From NCBI GenBank assembly GCA_036172245.1, contig JAYWIR010000008.1:1612001-1676000 (forward strand): a stretch of 64,000 bases of DNA, read 5' to 3'. The stretch comes from Raillietiella orientalis (taxonomy: Eukaryota). Shown here in pieces: positions 13,497-46,699 of this stretch (the first letter of the stretch is position 1; the number at the start of each line of letters is the position of its first letter). Below the pieces are notes generated by a model that was not told the DNA's origin, ran no database searches, and saw only the letters and a program-made list of their open reading frames with translations. Position numbers and translations under genes: made by a program.

Positions 13497-13833
13497 GTGC
13501 ACAACAAGCAGCATAGCACAACAGTTGCAGACACCAAGACAGTGACATCAGGAGCTTCTAAGATAGAGGCAGTGGGTAACCATGTTTTCAAAGTAACACA
13601 GGTATTGCTGGAGAACGGTGAAATGGCTGGTCATGAAGAATTGACTTTTCATGATAAGAAACAGTTTTTTGAGAGGGAAATGAAGCAGCAACAAGAGCCT
13701 CAAGTCAAAACTACAGGCATGCTTGCTTTTACGTTGCACGGCCAATAGCTAAACTTTGATATGTCGCCAGGGAATTCGGTTTTCTCAGTAAGAATGGTTG
13801 AGGAAGAAGGTGAGACACCATTCAAGAATTCAT
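13497..13833 (+). pseudogene. Inverted, intron-containing partial duplicate of scrib 3' exons (source 15232-15578)
   Basis: Aligns by eye to the reverse complement of 15232-15578, including the short introns. About 20 substitutions, one small indel and a 15-bp deletion. Two GT donors became GC and one AG acceptor became CG. Confidence 0.92.
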
Positions 13834-14146
13834 TTACAAGATTCCTCTTGTACAAATCGCCCGTACACAAGCAAACTAGGGCACTGCAACAGAACTCGAT
13901 TAAACAGCTGCATGGATGGTTATACTTTGTAAGAACTCTTTGTGACCGCTGAAAGGCACACCGCCCGTACACCACTGTAGGGCGGGACCTTCGGTACTCG
14001 CCGGCAGAAGCAGGGGAGCAAATAAGAATCTCGAATGAGGGTGGACCCTGCTACCTGCTTAATGAACACTATAATGTTCAATAAGCAACCGCTGAACTTT
14101 CTAAAGAGTGACCCGAGCCAACGGACTCGAGTCATTCCACTTATGA

Positions 14147-14152
14147 TTTATT
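14147..14152 (-). promoter_or_regulatory. Candidate polyadenylation signal (AATAAA) of scrib
   Basis: TTTATT on + strand, ~330 nt downstream of the scrib stop codon. Confidence 0.35.
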
Positions 14153-14477
14153 TACTACACATGCATGCACTTCTCTCTATGGAAGGCAAAAAAACTCCCA
14201 GTAGTTCAAATTCCTTCTACCAAGATTGGATTTTAAATACGTGTGCGATTGTTAGAAACTGGTCAATAGAATTCTTCAGACATGGAATGATATGCTGGCA
14301 CCAACACGTAAGGTTGCAAACGAACAGTCTATGAAAGTAAATAACTGTATTCATCTAATTTACCACAGTAAGAACCTTAAAGCACAACTTTTTTTTTTGT
14401 GTTTTTTTTTTTGGCCCCAAGCATCGAAGTAATCGTATTATAGATAAACTGAAGGTGTGCACAGGTTGAAATGATTG

Positions 14478-33025
<18,548 letters not shown>

Positions 33026-34989
33026 TTATGAACATTTGAGCTTCGATGTTTTTGTTCGAATTTATCTGCATTTACCTTGCATTAGTCTTGAGAACGGGGT
33101 GTGAATTCACTTGACATTTCGAAAGAAAGTTAAAACACATCCTATCAACGCATCACACCATATTTTCTCGGTGGAAGTGTGCTAATTACGCAACAAATTG
33201 AAAACACTATTCCAAACGTCTGGCAGGGGAATTTTCACATCCTTGCACACCACATTGGTAGGTTTTCCACGGGGTACACACATCCTAAGTTTTTCTCCAG
33301 TTTCCACATTATTGACCGTGCCCAGAAGCGCTGCACGATTTCGCTTTCAGCTGCAGGTGGGCATTGTGCACGGGCATCTCTGCCGAGCCGTACAAATTTG
33401 CTTTCCCAACGAAAGCTCCCGGGACGAATTCCTACCCGCCATCCTCAAAAAAGTGAATGCATTTACTAATCACTTAGCTACTTGTGAATTTGTTGATATG
33501 CATTCCCCTTCTTTCAGGTCGTGGAAAACACTTGGCGATTTGTGGCTGGCGAGGCGTAGCAATGGAAACCCTGTACATATTGGGTAGTCTGTACTGAGGT
33601 TGCTCCAATAACCCGTAAACATGTTTTGGAAAAAAAAAAAAAAAAGGGATCCAGAGCTATCGTATCCGTCTTGAAGTATTCGTCCCTTTGGTCGAAATCT
33701 CATAAAGCCCGTTTAAGCTTTGTTATCATCACTCTCGGAATGCAGAGAACTGGCAGTCGGGAAGTTTCATGTTTCTCCATTTAGGAGAGGCCAACGTACA
33801 ACATGAGGTGAACAGGAAATGGTCGACAGCTTCAAAACATGATGAACCTCGTGCATCCGTTCTTTTTTGTCATATCATCTGAAGAGATGCTAAAAAAATG
33901 CTAAACAGCTTTCTGGTTCATGAAACCCCATATATTGCTTCCCTACTGATGTTTTTCAAGAAGGTAAATAGAATGTTTTGTCCTATCAAAGTGACTGATT
34001 TTGAGACATTAGAATTGAAACCAGAAAATTTTGCAAAGGTACTGACTGTATTAAGGTGCAAATTTATCTGCTTGGGTTCTTGTTGATCTCCATCCTCATA
34101 ACTATTCGAAAATCTGATTGTGTATCAATGAAATACAAATGAGTTCGGTCAGAGGTCGATCCATGAGAGCCGTGTGATATTTTCTCATGGACTTCGCTGG
34201 CCAGAGGATGTGGAACTTACAATGCAGGACCTTAACATCCGTCTTGGTGAATATGTGAATCATGAAAGAATGAGTGTTTTTATTTGTTTCAATGTTCTCT
34301 GTTTGAGATTGTACTTAAATGCGAATGATTTCAGGAACTGATTTTGGACGAAGACTTTGCATAGTCTTTAATTCAATGCCTTGGATAAAGCTGTACTTTC
34401 CACCTCCAAAAAGGATGGTTTCAAGAATAGATTGGGTTTATATGACGTTTCCCAGTATAAAGGATCCCATTTCCTATCGACAAAACACCGTTGAATAAGG
34501 ATCCACCTCTCCTTCATCAATTCTGGATGCCCCCTGCATCAAAACCTCATTCGCAGATATTATCTGCGGATACACTGACTTCTAGAACAACAACAGAATC
34601 ATCTTCTCAGGACCAGTATCTCGAACCACAAGAAATTTCCCAAAATAAACGAGATGTTCACGCGAGCCTTCACTGCCTGTAGTTTCCATCCTCATTCTTG
34701 CTCCCCCAAAACCTAAAGCTTCCACTTTTTAATTTCGAGAAATCTGAGAGTCTAGGCCCATACCAACTATAGTGGATTCATTGGAAAAACAAGGATCAAG
34801 ACGAAGATCTCAGCTGATGACACTTATGAAGCCAACTCCTATAGTTGAGAAATAGTTGTTCATAATTTATGTATTTAGAAAATTCGTAACCCTCCTTTTT
34901 TAATTTTGTATCCATGAAACTGAAATTTGGAAATTTTTCATTGTAGTATCTGTTTCAGGATCTTTATTTTGTCCTGTGAGCTGAAATCA

Positions 34990-35610
34990 TTTGGTTATCG
35001 TAAATTCAGTTTCTTCCTTGAAAAGACGCCAAGCTGATAATTTGCAAGTGTAGGACAGCACCAATAAAAGTATTGAAACTTGCAGTCCTTTAAAGTTGCA
35101 GACAAGGAGTTTTCTTTCTCTTCAAGGAAAGAGTTAACGAGTTCGAAATCCCCAAAACTGGCGGGGACATTTCTTGCTGATACAATTTTTGTAGCGTAGG
35201 ACACAATAGCATTGCTTGAGATCTATTTCAGGGTGAAATTTCGAATTCTACATCATTTTTTTTTGCTTTCTTGAATGTTCCATTAAATTCGAAAACTGAT
35301 TGTGCATATCTTCCACAGTATGGAATAAGCTGAACTTTGCGATGGACGTGGTAAGCGACAAAGAACTTGGAAAAATCAAGTCCAAAAAAAAACAAATTAA
35401 CAGAATTAGCATTTCCCATCATGAAAAAGATGCCATCTGCTGTAATTATCACAAAGTTTCATTGGTGCTTCTATTCTCTTTGTTCGTCAAATGTGCTCTT
35501 TACGTGAAGGTAAACGTCTCATCCGATCCGACAAAGCTCAGCATTCGTGTGGATTATGAAATAAATCTACGTCTTTCAAGAAAGAGTTTTTATGAAAGCA
35601 GTTAGGATTT
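34990..35610 (+). mobile_element. Decayed piggyBac-like fragment
   Basis: FKVADKEFSFSSRK...KSPKLAG...IFVA*DTIALLEIYFRVK, then STVWNK and RVDYE. Confidence 0.4.
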
Positions 35611-36849
35611 CTCAAATCTTCTTTACTTTTTTACATATATGCATGTAAAGGAAAAATATAATGGATGTATATATATATATTCGTGAAGCTGAGGAATACT
35701 TGAAATGATCACTGCATCTGGACCTTGATCTCATTTCTCTACCGCTTGCGTTCAAAGTAATGGATCACAGATCCTACTGTTCTAACTATTGTCTGTGTTT
35801 GGTATGATGGAGGATCATGACGTTAAACAACATTACAACATTTATAAAACTTATTTACTTGGCAACGTTTACAAACTTATTGTTTTCCGGCTTCTCAAAA
35901 CAGCGGAATTTCGTTTCTCTTACAGGATCTGTTTAGGGAATGTAGAAAGGATGTTTTTCAAATAATATGCATTCCGCGATAATTAGGCACTGATGTCTCG
36001 CCCAGATTGTTCTATAAAAACATATTAGTATGAAGAAAACATCGCTCTTAGTACTCCTTTGTAAAGAGAGCCCCGAAGAAGTTAGCAAAGAATGTGGATG
36101 CAAATTGGAGAAAACAATGCTTTATTGCAAAATTGTGTACATCGGGGATGTGGACCCAGGAAAACTGCAATAAAGAATCGTTGCGAGGAAAAATTAGCAA
36201 TAAAAGATTAAGAAACTGCTCTGAATTAGTGAGAGATCAAAATTAGATCAAAATTTCAAAAGTAATGAATCATAAAAAAAGAAAAAAAAACGGTTACGAA
36301 GGAAGTGAAATTTTGGTATTTGCTGAAAATCGATGAAAATATTTGGTTAAGAGCGGTATTGCATCAAACGTTTACTGTTCCTTAAAATTGTATATTCGTG
36401 TTTTATACAAACCATTGCATCTTGCAAAGAAAAGAAATCAAAAAATAAAAAAAAATAAGAAAATGCATGTCAGTATGTCCAACTCTGAATCTCATCTTAA
36501 GTACATCTGATTTCCGAAAATCGAAATTGCCACGCCGTTCCTCATTCTCTCCCTCTAACTCTTTTTCCCTTCCGGAAACCGACGTGCGTTAAACCCACGG
36601 ACAACATGCGTCCACGGCCCAGGAGGGAATTTCGGCAACAGGAAGCGAGGTGCTACACCGTTCCTGCAGCTTCCCATTCACGGAAACATCGATGGACCCC
36701 TGCTCCTCTCGGCAGGGGACTTCTTCTGGCCATCGTTTACGCTGTGCCGCTGGTGCTTTTCGGCGACTCCCTTCCTAGCACACTCCGCGACGATCACGCG
36801 ACGTTTTTTGACAGAACCGGGAATGTGCACACACCGAAGCACAGACCAC

Positions 36850-37500
36850 GCGGCAGGGGATTCCAGTATACCACCACGTGTACTGTACACCCATGTTGTT
36901 TACCTCCGGTGTTTGCGCGCCGCTGCCTTGGGTGCTCCGCGGCGTCGCGCTTTGCGTCCTCCGTGGGCATCGCGCTCGCAGCGTGCAACGAGATGGAGCC
37001 GTTGCTGTCGGTTCTTTTCAGCAAAATGCCCAAAAGTCCCGAGCCAGGAGTTTGGTATTGGGGTCGCGAATTATACTACGGAAGTCCAGGGTTCATCCGT
37101 GGTCGGTGCCAATTAGGCCTTTACGGAAAATAATAAACTTCCTCAGCTGGAACAGGCTTTCGTCTCGCCAGTGTAAAAGAGTGAGGTGCAAATTGTCCTG
37201 GAGGTATAATTTCCAACTTCACCTTTTACACCACGGAGATCCGAGAAGGAAACACAACGGCAGAAAAAAACACACAAAAAAAAAACGCGTGGTCCGAGGT
37301 ACATTTCGGCAAGACACACAGCACTGTTCAAAAGACGATCCCCAACCATAGACACATGCAACTCCATGTAACAGCTCCGTCCTTGATAACGAAGCGGTGG
37401 TTATGCTGTCCTTCAACAAAGAGGCATTCTGAAGATATTAAAACATTACACTCCTTTCCATGCGAAACAACGTCGACTACGCAGAGTGCGGCCGACGGAA
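36850..37500 (+). mobile_element. Decayed piggyBac-like fragment (N-terminal part)
   Basis: EMEPLLSVLFSKMPKSPEPGVWYWGRELYYGSPGF (cf. EM..FLG.L..M..K.P....YWS......P.F). Confidence 0.45.
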
Positions 37501-38051
37501 TGGGAACAACCACCACTCAGATCCATACATCAAATAGGAGTAGCTGCTACACAGTATGATGATGACAAAACCGCCTGAAGCCATGGTACGTGCACTGACC
37601 TTAAAAGCGGTAGCGGTAAGACGACGACGACATTCGTTAAGCTTTTATAACTCAAAGGAAATGCATGCTACCTAACCTGCGAGAAAAGGCATGCAGCATA
37701 TTTATGCAATTACGAGGCAATAATCATTATTGGTTTTACAAGGAGGCGATGCAATTTGCGCGATGAGGTTTTGTAGCACAGACGGAGAAAGAGGTATTGC
37801 ATTTGCGTAGCACAAACTCCAGGTCGCTCGCACATAAATGTCATTCAGTGGTGCCATGGTCCACAAAATTGGTTACAAAAGATAAAAGTGGGGCTCCGGA
37901 ATTCCACTGGTTTCTCAGCTGATGTATTCTTAATTCTCTTCTTTGCTGACGTTTTCTTCTGTGGTGCCTTTATACTACAGAATTTGGTGAAAAGGTTGCA
38001 TTTTTGATGCTAATACTCTGGAAAATCAGCAAACAGCTTATACAATAAATA

Positions 38052-38057
38052 TTTATT
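38052..38057 (-). promoter_or_regulatory. Candidate polyadenylation signal (AATAAA) of TMEM184B
   Basis: TTTATT on + strand, ~316 nt downstream of the stop codon, at the end of an AT-rich 3' tract. Confidence 0.4.
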
Positions 38058-38372
38058 AATATGAATTTCTTCTGTGCTGCAATACTATTTTTACAACATC
38101 AATATCAGTGCCAGTTTCTGAGCCATCTCTATACACTGCAATCATTGGATTTGAGAATCCTTTTTCAAAACAAAGGTTGGGAATATTAAAGGCATGATAA
38201 CTGAATTTCCAAAGATGGGTTTTTATAAGAGCCAATTTACATTCAGACAACATCTCATTCCTTTTCAGTATTCTTTGCAAACCAGGAGTCTGATATGAAG
38301 GTAGAAGTTTAGAAGAGCTACCCTTGCTGCTGCACAAAAGACATTTTCATATCAAGAAGAACCAGTTGTACT

Positions 38373-40015
<1,643 letters not shown>

Positions 40016-42189
40016 TTAATACAAAACAAATTTGTCAAAGCACAAAATGAAAAGTAATTACAAAAATCACCGAACATTCACAGGCAAACATAATTAGATT
40101 GTCCACAATCAAATTTGCATTCACATTACATTATCTTATGTATATTTGTATTTAACACATTTCATGCTAAAACCTATTCCTCTTCCAGGTAACAGATATC
40201 TGCTACCACTAGCATGGGTCGAAAAAGGGCTACTTGATTTCAATCACAGTCATTATAATGAATCTGCAGATGAATCACACCAGAAGGAGTATATAAACTG
40301 CTTGAGGAATACAAATATAAGTTCTTACAATAAAAGTATAAGTGAGAAATCGTTCACTCAGAGAAGCTTTACGAGAAATATGGGAAAAAAAAAAAATTGT
40401 TCCGATGTTTTTTTGGCTTTTAGAGCATCCCTTTTTGTTTTGTTTTGTTTTTAATCCTTAAGAATCATTGCAATGCACTTAAACCCACCACTTTTCATGT
40501 TTCTGAAATCCGGCTTATGCGCACATAATGCGAGCAGGCCACTTTTAAATGACAAAAGATTTGAAAGTATGGTCGCAAACACTTAAAAAAAGTAACGAAA
40601 CTCATTATAGGAGACGGTGCAATGCATTTTCTGTTTTTTTCAAACAAACCTGGACCTGCCCTAGTCTGGATGCAAAGCATGTCGGTGAATAGCAACGAAC
40701 AAGATTGCAACTTCCAATATGGAATACGTGTTTATCCCAATTATGTCAGCATTAACTAAAGGATGATGACTAATGGTTCAATTTCGTTTTCCAAACTTCC
40801 TTATCCTCGCAACTTGCTTCCCATTTCCTCGCAGGGGCCAACAACTTCAAATTATGGTGAACACCTAGGGCCAATGCTGCATCCCTTCATACGAAATATG
40901 AGACTCGGGCTCGAAAGATGGGAAAAACAAAAGACAAATGGGTTAACTACACACAAAGTCTGCAATTTCGGAAACAAACGAAATCACGAAGTACGTACAC
41001 AGTTTGGTGGAGCAAGAACGAAATGGTACACATTGCAAACCCCCCCCCCCCCCCCCCCAGTTCAGCAGAGTGGTACCTTACCTTAGGTTCATTCTGCGTT
41101 GAAAACTTTTTGAATCAATATATCATATGCTGGAGCTTAGTGGACTCTGCAACCCACCACAAACCCGCATATTCGTGGATGCAACAACACGGTTAACCAA
41201 ATCCTATGCTGCCTTCCGAGAGGGACGTGGAGCACGCATGCTAGCCGTTTAACGAACCAAAAACAGGAAGGTGCCTTCCCTTTGCTTCAAAACACACGCT
41301 CACCCAACGTCCGTACGGTACTGTACCATGGTCAGACAGTGAAACCGACCGACTCGCGCGGGGGAAAAATTTCGGCACGCCGAAGTGAAGTGACGCAGGG
41401 AACGGTGCGATGGGCGGAAAATCAATAATACGAAGGCAATTTACTCATTACCGATTACGCACGCGATAATTACGCGCGGAGTGTTTTTTTTTTTTTCTTC
41501 TGCTGCCGAGAAACCTCATGGACCGAAGGTGTAAAGTGGGAGGGCTAGGGTGTTTCAAAGGTGAACTTTTGCTCTTAAGGACTTTTGAGTGTTTCGTGAG
41601 GTGTTTTTTTTTTTTTTTTTCCCTTTCCCCCTTTTTTTTTTTTTTTTTTTGGGGGGGGGGGGGGGGGGAATTCACACTTTGGGGATGTCGGAGTCGCGCG
41701 TATTGCTCCTTTCATTCATCGCCGCCGCCTGCCTGTCAGGTTGCCATTTTCTGAATCAGCTGGAAATGGCTGAATGGACGACAAGTTTTTTCCCGATTTC
41801 TTGCAAGTTGGAAGGGGGGGGGGGGGGGAAGAAAAAGAAAAGTCTGTGCCGATCTGACCCTCCGGAACCCTTTTGAAATTTGATCCCGTGTTTTCCACCC
41901 GGTAAGCATAAATTGTAGGCCAGTAAGCAATTTGCTCACGTAAATCAATTATTGCTTTCAGTGTTTCAGTTAGCTACTTTTCAGATTCTGATTTATGTGG
42001 GAGGTGAATTGTGATTGCACAGGTCTTGTCGACTTTAAGCCCTGCTCGTTCATCCATCGTGTTTCATTAGGTGCTCCCATCATCCCTGATCCGAGGAAAT
42101 CTCTTAGGCTCCTCTCCCGGCTTGCAGATGGTTGCCGGTCTTCGTTTTGATAGCTTATAGCTCCAGAAACCATCCTCGATTAAACCCAT

Positions 42190-42870
42190 CTTATCCATGA
42201 CCAGTCACTTACGTGATTCTCAAGGATCATTTATGCAGTTCATTGCTCATCCCTCTCTGCTTAGCTTTGGATGTATCCGTGGCCCGAGATGGATTCATAT
42301 CATTGGTTTCCGTATAACCGCTTCCTTCTGTCTCTCCTTCGTTGGTTGCCTTCACTACATTACCATCTGCACTGTGAGCCAAAAGGGTATTCTAAAGCTG
42401 TCAGCAGTTCGTTCTTGGAGAATCGAAAGCTAGCAAGACTTGGAAAGTAACGGTGCCTCCTTAATAGTATTCGTGATGGTATGGACAGTGAGATTTCAAT
42501 GACACGAAAACAAAGGGCACTGTGCTATTAGCTTGGCAACGAAATCATCCTTCTGTTAGTCTACCTGAAATTGACGGTTGCTGTTCCCAGATCTCATGGA
42601 CCTTCGACGCCGCATCGGATTTTCCCGCGTCTCCTCTCTTGGCATGAAATCCTGCAATGGGTTCTCACGAGGGGGGCGTTTCCTCCTGCAGATTTTGGAG
42701 CCTTGCATTGAGTTTCGTCACTTTGTGGAAGAAGTACCCGAGATCTGTGCGATCGGGAAAACCCTTGGATGCTTTGAATCTGCCCTGGGGAACCTGCAGC
42801 TCTCCCGAGGCTCTTGCTGCCCAAAGCGCTGTTCTTTTTGCTACCCTCGAGGCTTCTTGAGACTGTAATT
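42190..42870 (+). mobile_element. Possible decayed piggyBac-like fragment
   Basis: SQGSFMQFIAHPSLLSFG and CNGFSRGGRFLLQIL. Weak. Confidence 0.28.
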
Positions 42871-43199
42871 AAGGTCTTCATTATGAGACTCCCTGATGTA
42901 AATCCGCTGCGTGACGTTTAAGAACCGCGTAACAGTAATTCATCGTGAATGACTTCGGGTCATACAAAGGGGAGTCTGAATATTGTACAGGGCGTTTCGC
43001 TCTTGGTAGCCTTGTAGGTTTCAAGGTTTGAAGGCATGTGTAAGAAGCGCGATTAAATTCCTGTACTTGCTTAGTGGACTTTTTTTCGCTTCGGTACTTC
43101 GAGTACGATGTTTCGAATCGGTACGAATACACAGTGATGCCACTTGTTGGTAATGCGAATGATGCGCGATGAGCACCAGTAGTTTCAGTCTTTCAGTCT

Positions 43200-44800
43200 G
43201 CTTGGCATCGACAATTCTTAGAAGCAAATGGGAAGGGAGGATGCATAGTCAATTTGTCCTGAATCTAGTTCTGCTATGGAAGCTCTTAGTGTGAAGAGGC
43301 ATTTTGCTAAGAAACATAAAGAATTTAAAAATACTGTTGGTTGAGCTTGAAAGATGAAGGCGTGTGAATCTACAAACCCTGCAGCTCCAGAAGCATTTGA
43401 AAATCACAATATCGTTTGTGCAAGCTGCTCAATCAGTGAAGGTGACTGCTAAATATTCTGCATCACACTCGGAGAGGGAGCCTGTCATGGAAACGTCTCT
43501 TTAGCACCTGCTGAGATCTTGAACCCAAGCCAGGTTCATGTGTCGGAAAGAATCGCTTGCTCCTGCAGAGATGTACCCGGAAGAATCGATGAGATGGAGG
43601 CTAATTCGATCGACCCTGCATTTGGGAAGTGCAAAACCCTTGTTCTCTTCTCTTTGGCACTTGATGAGACAGCTGCTCGTTTATCCATCTTCGTCAAGGA
43701 GTGGACGAAGAGATGCATATTTTCGAGAACTACATTACTACAGGTACTACAAAGGGAAGAGGCCTATCCGAGGAAGTGGAAGTAGCATTACTAAAGCTTG
43801 AACATGGGAAACTTGCGGGTGTCGTTACGCGTCAATGCTTGGGAAGAACACGCAAGCGTCACACAAGGAGGAATCGAACTGTAGCTGCCAGAGTCCGGAA
43901 AGTTTGGTTTTCCTATCCTTCATCCTGCCTCATGAACGTCTTTGGGGCTAATGCTTAACCATCAATGCGATATGATATCTGTGGTGCTAACAAAGTGCGA
44001 AAATTCCATTTAGAATCATTAAGTGTCGTCAGTCTGAGCAATTTTTATGGATTCGGAGGCAGATCACGAGCATCTGATGTATTGTTCCGGGAGGGACGGT
44101 TTCGTAGAAGCAAAATTTTCAAAATTTTTTACCAAAGAAAAGATTATGCTGCTTATCTATATGAAAGGTAGTACGTCGTTCCGGAAATGGAAAAGAATGA
44201 CTAGCTTTGCTATCTAACATTCCTCGTCTAGTCCATTTAACAGAACTGGATACCAAACTTCAAGATCAGTGGATGGACTCTCAACATCTGATTACCACTA
44301 CGTAGCAAACAGAACCTAATTGTGAAAAATGCAGCTCCCTCATAAAGGATTAACGCATTTTCCCAGCTACTGGCGAGTGGCAGTGTGGAATATGGGAATG
44401 GATGTCCAAAAATTAGAGAATAATTTGAAAACGCGTCCGGAGTGTTTAATGGAGTTCAGGATGGAGTTGCAATTATTTTCTGCTCGCTCCTCGGTGCAAA
44501 CAGGGAGAGCCTCCTTCGAATTTCAATCTCGAGTTAATCGGCTTACAAGCTATCGATTCCCTTGGCTTATTAGTTCATTAAGTTCAGTTCACCTCTAACA
44601 CCTGAATCCCGTGAAGATTATCGCGTGTTCCTAAAGAAAAGCATCCTTTCGTAAAACGACACGCCCTGAACATTGGTTTCCTGTTTGGAAGGACATGTCG
44701 GTGTGGAGAGAGTGTTTTCCTCACCATTGCAAAGGCATAAAATTAGGAGTAGCATGTGAAACACAGGTGAAACAAGGGTGACCAACCACGCATTGCTAAT
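43200..44800 (+). mobile_element. Decayed hAT transposase (GTF2IRD2/Buster/SPIN-like)
   Basis: Frameshifted pieces in the expected order: ICPESSSAMEALSVKRHFAKKH (BED-like), FSLALDETAARLSIFV, GTTKGRGLSEEV...KLAGVVT, HLTELDTKLQD, FLFGRTCRCGESVF (dimerisation-like). Termini not defined. Confidence 0.75.
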
Positions 44801-45249
44801 TCACAACAACCTGCTGGCGCAGACAAGCTTACACAGGAGGAACGAACAGAAATCTCGTGGTGGTGCATTTATAGTCAGCGATAATGGCAAATAATTAATA
44901 ATAAAATTTCATGTTTTGTATTATTTTGGTCCGTTTGTTTTTATTGGAGCATACGTTGCAGGGAAAGGAGTGCTATAGCATTATCTTCATAAGTATTAAG
45001 ATACCAAGATAAATAGCGCATAATATCATCTGATAAATTTCGAGTATTTTTATTCCGCTTTACTGAATGACAGCAGCCCTCTGAAGAGACAGCGTTTTTA
45101 TACCCGGATGCACATATACGTTCAGTTTCATCCGAAAACAGCAAACAAACTGCGGATGACCAGATGTACCAAATCTGACGTTTTCGTCCGGCTGAGCGGG
45201 TAATACGGCGAGGGTTTCCTTTCCAGTTGCAATAGCAAGATGATTTCCC

Positions 45250-46140
45250 TTTGTTAAACAAGAATTACATCCATAAAAAATGAAATAAGGCAATCCTAGA
45301 GATGAAGCAAAAACATCTCTTTTGTTTATCTTCATCTTCCTTGAAGTAGAGTAGGATGACCAACCTAATGTTTGGGCCGGTGGAATCGGAAGGCATTCCA
45401 TCTGATTGATATAAAAAAATAAATTCATTTGCTTATTACAAATGGCTAATTCAAGAAATCGGATTCGATTTTTGCCTGTATTTCTTGAACGCTCACGAGT
45501 CCATTTGGGACAGATACGTCCTCCAGACAGAAATTCCTTCGGCTTCCGATTGCTGGCTCTGATCGCCGATATCTTTAAAAGTGTTCCAATATCAAAGCGC
45601 CCACGGATAAAATGTAAGTCATTCAGAATAGTCCTTCGAGTTTTTGGACTGTTTACTGATGGCAGCTTTTCCCAGAATCAGTGCAGAGCAGGTGACCATT
45701 TGAAGACCGAAGACTTGCCATTCAGAAGAATCGAATGCGCGCACCGAACGGTCGCATAAAGCCAAATTTCGTCAAAAAGTGAGGCTGAGAAGTCAGTTTC
45801 ATGGATTTTCCTTGCTTCGGTGAGTTCGGAACGGTTTTCCCACATCACTGCTGATGCACTCTGCGAGTGAAAAATAAGGATGCAACCAGCTCCACGCGCG
45901 CAGCGTCTTGAAAAGTCATCGCGAGGCAAAATCGGTACACGTGGGAAGCATCTTGGGGTCTGGATCCGCACCTTGCAGAACCAGGCAGCCTCAAAGCATT
46001 CACGATGGAAGTTGCCTTGTTGCGTTGACGACGACGCACAACAGCTCGGCTGACTTGAAGGATGCTTGTGTGGGAAACATCTGGCAATCGCAGCGCCAGT
46101 TTATGTTTCTGCTGCATTCGGGAGTCAGAGACCATTGACG
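45250..46140 (+). mobile_element. Decayed piggyBac-like transposase
   Basis: DEAKTSLLFIFIFL, MANSRNR, FLERSRVHLGQIRPPDRNSFGFRLLAL (cf. FKGRS.LKQY.P.KP.KWGFKL). Confidence 0.5.
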
Positions 46141-46699
46141 ACAGAGGACTCTTGGGTGTTTCCCAGTAGGCCTGTCCTGGGCATTGCTACTCAACATTTC
46201 CTTTTTCGAGCTCTACAGCTCTCCTCCACGGTCTCTTCAGCTTCTTCAGAGAGCCCCTTGTCGTTTTGCCAGGTCTCATTCACCGAGAGATCCCACCGCG
46301 AGGGTGCCGCACACTGGGTCCAGGTCAGCTCGGAGGCTGGAATCCACTGAGCTGGATTCCAGCCTCCAGCATCCCTCATCATCATTTGGTTCTTCTGAGC
46401 TTGAGCACGGGCACACCATGGTGCTCGGTTATTGCGCCTCTGTTAATAGAGCAGTGATTAAGGTGTGCTGCTGGCGAGACTCCTGCCAGCATCCGATGCG
46501 GCCTCCACACGGTGCTATATAGAAGTCCGGTACGTGGCTGAGCGCACAATGCTTGCCCACGCAGGGCGTGACCTTGGCCTTTCTCCTTATTTGGGCGTTC
46601 CTCGATCGGGGAACGCTACGGCTACCCTGCTCTGGAGCGTGCGCGCATGCGCTTCGCGTACTGACCAAACGTGAACTCCCAATTGTCATTCGCGGTTTT

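Noticed and set aside
13497..13748. 83-aa ORF as a new gene
   Set aside because: It starts at GTG exactly at the duplication breakpoint and arises from intron read-through in the scrib copy; no ATG or promoter evidence.
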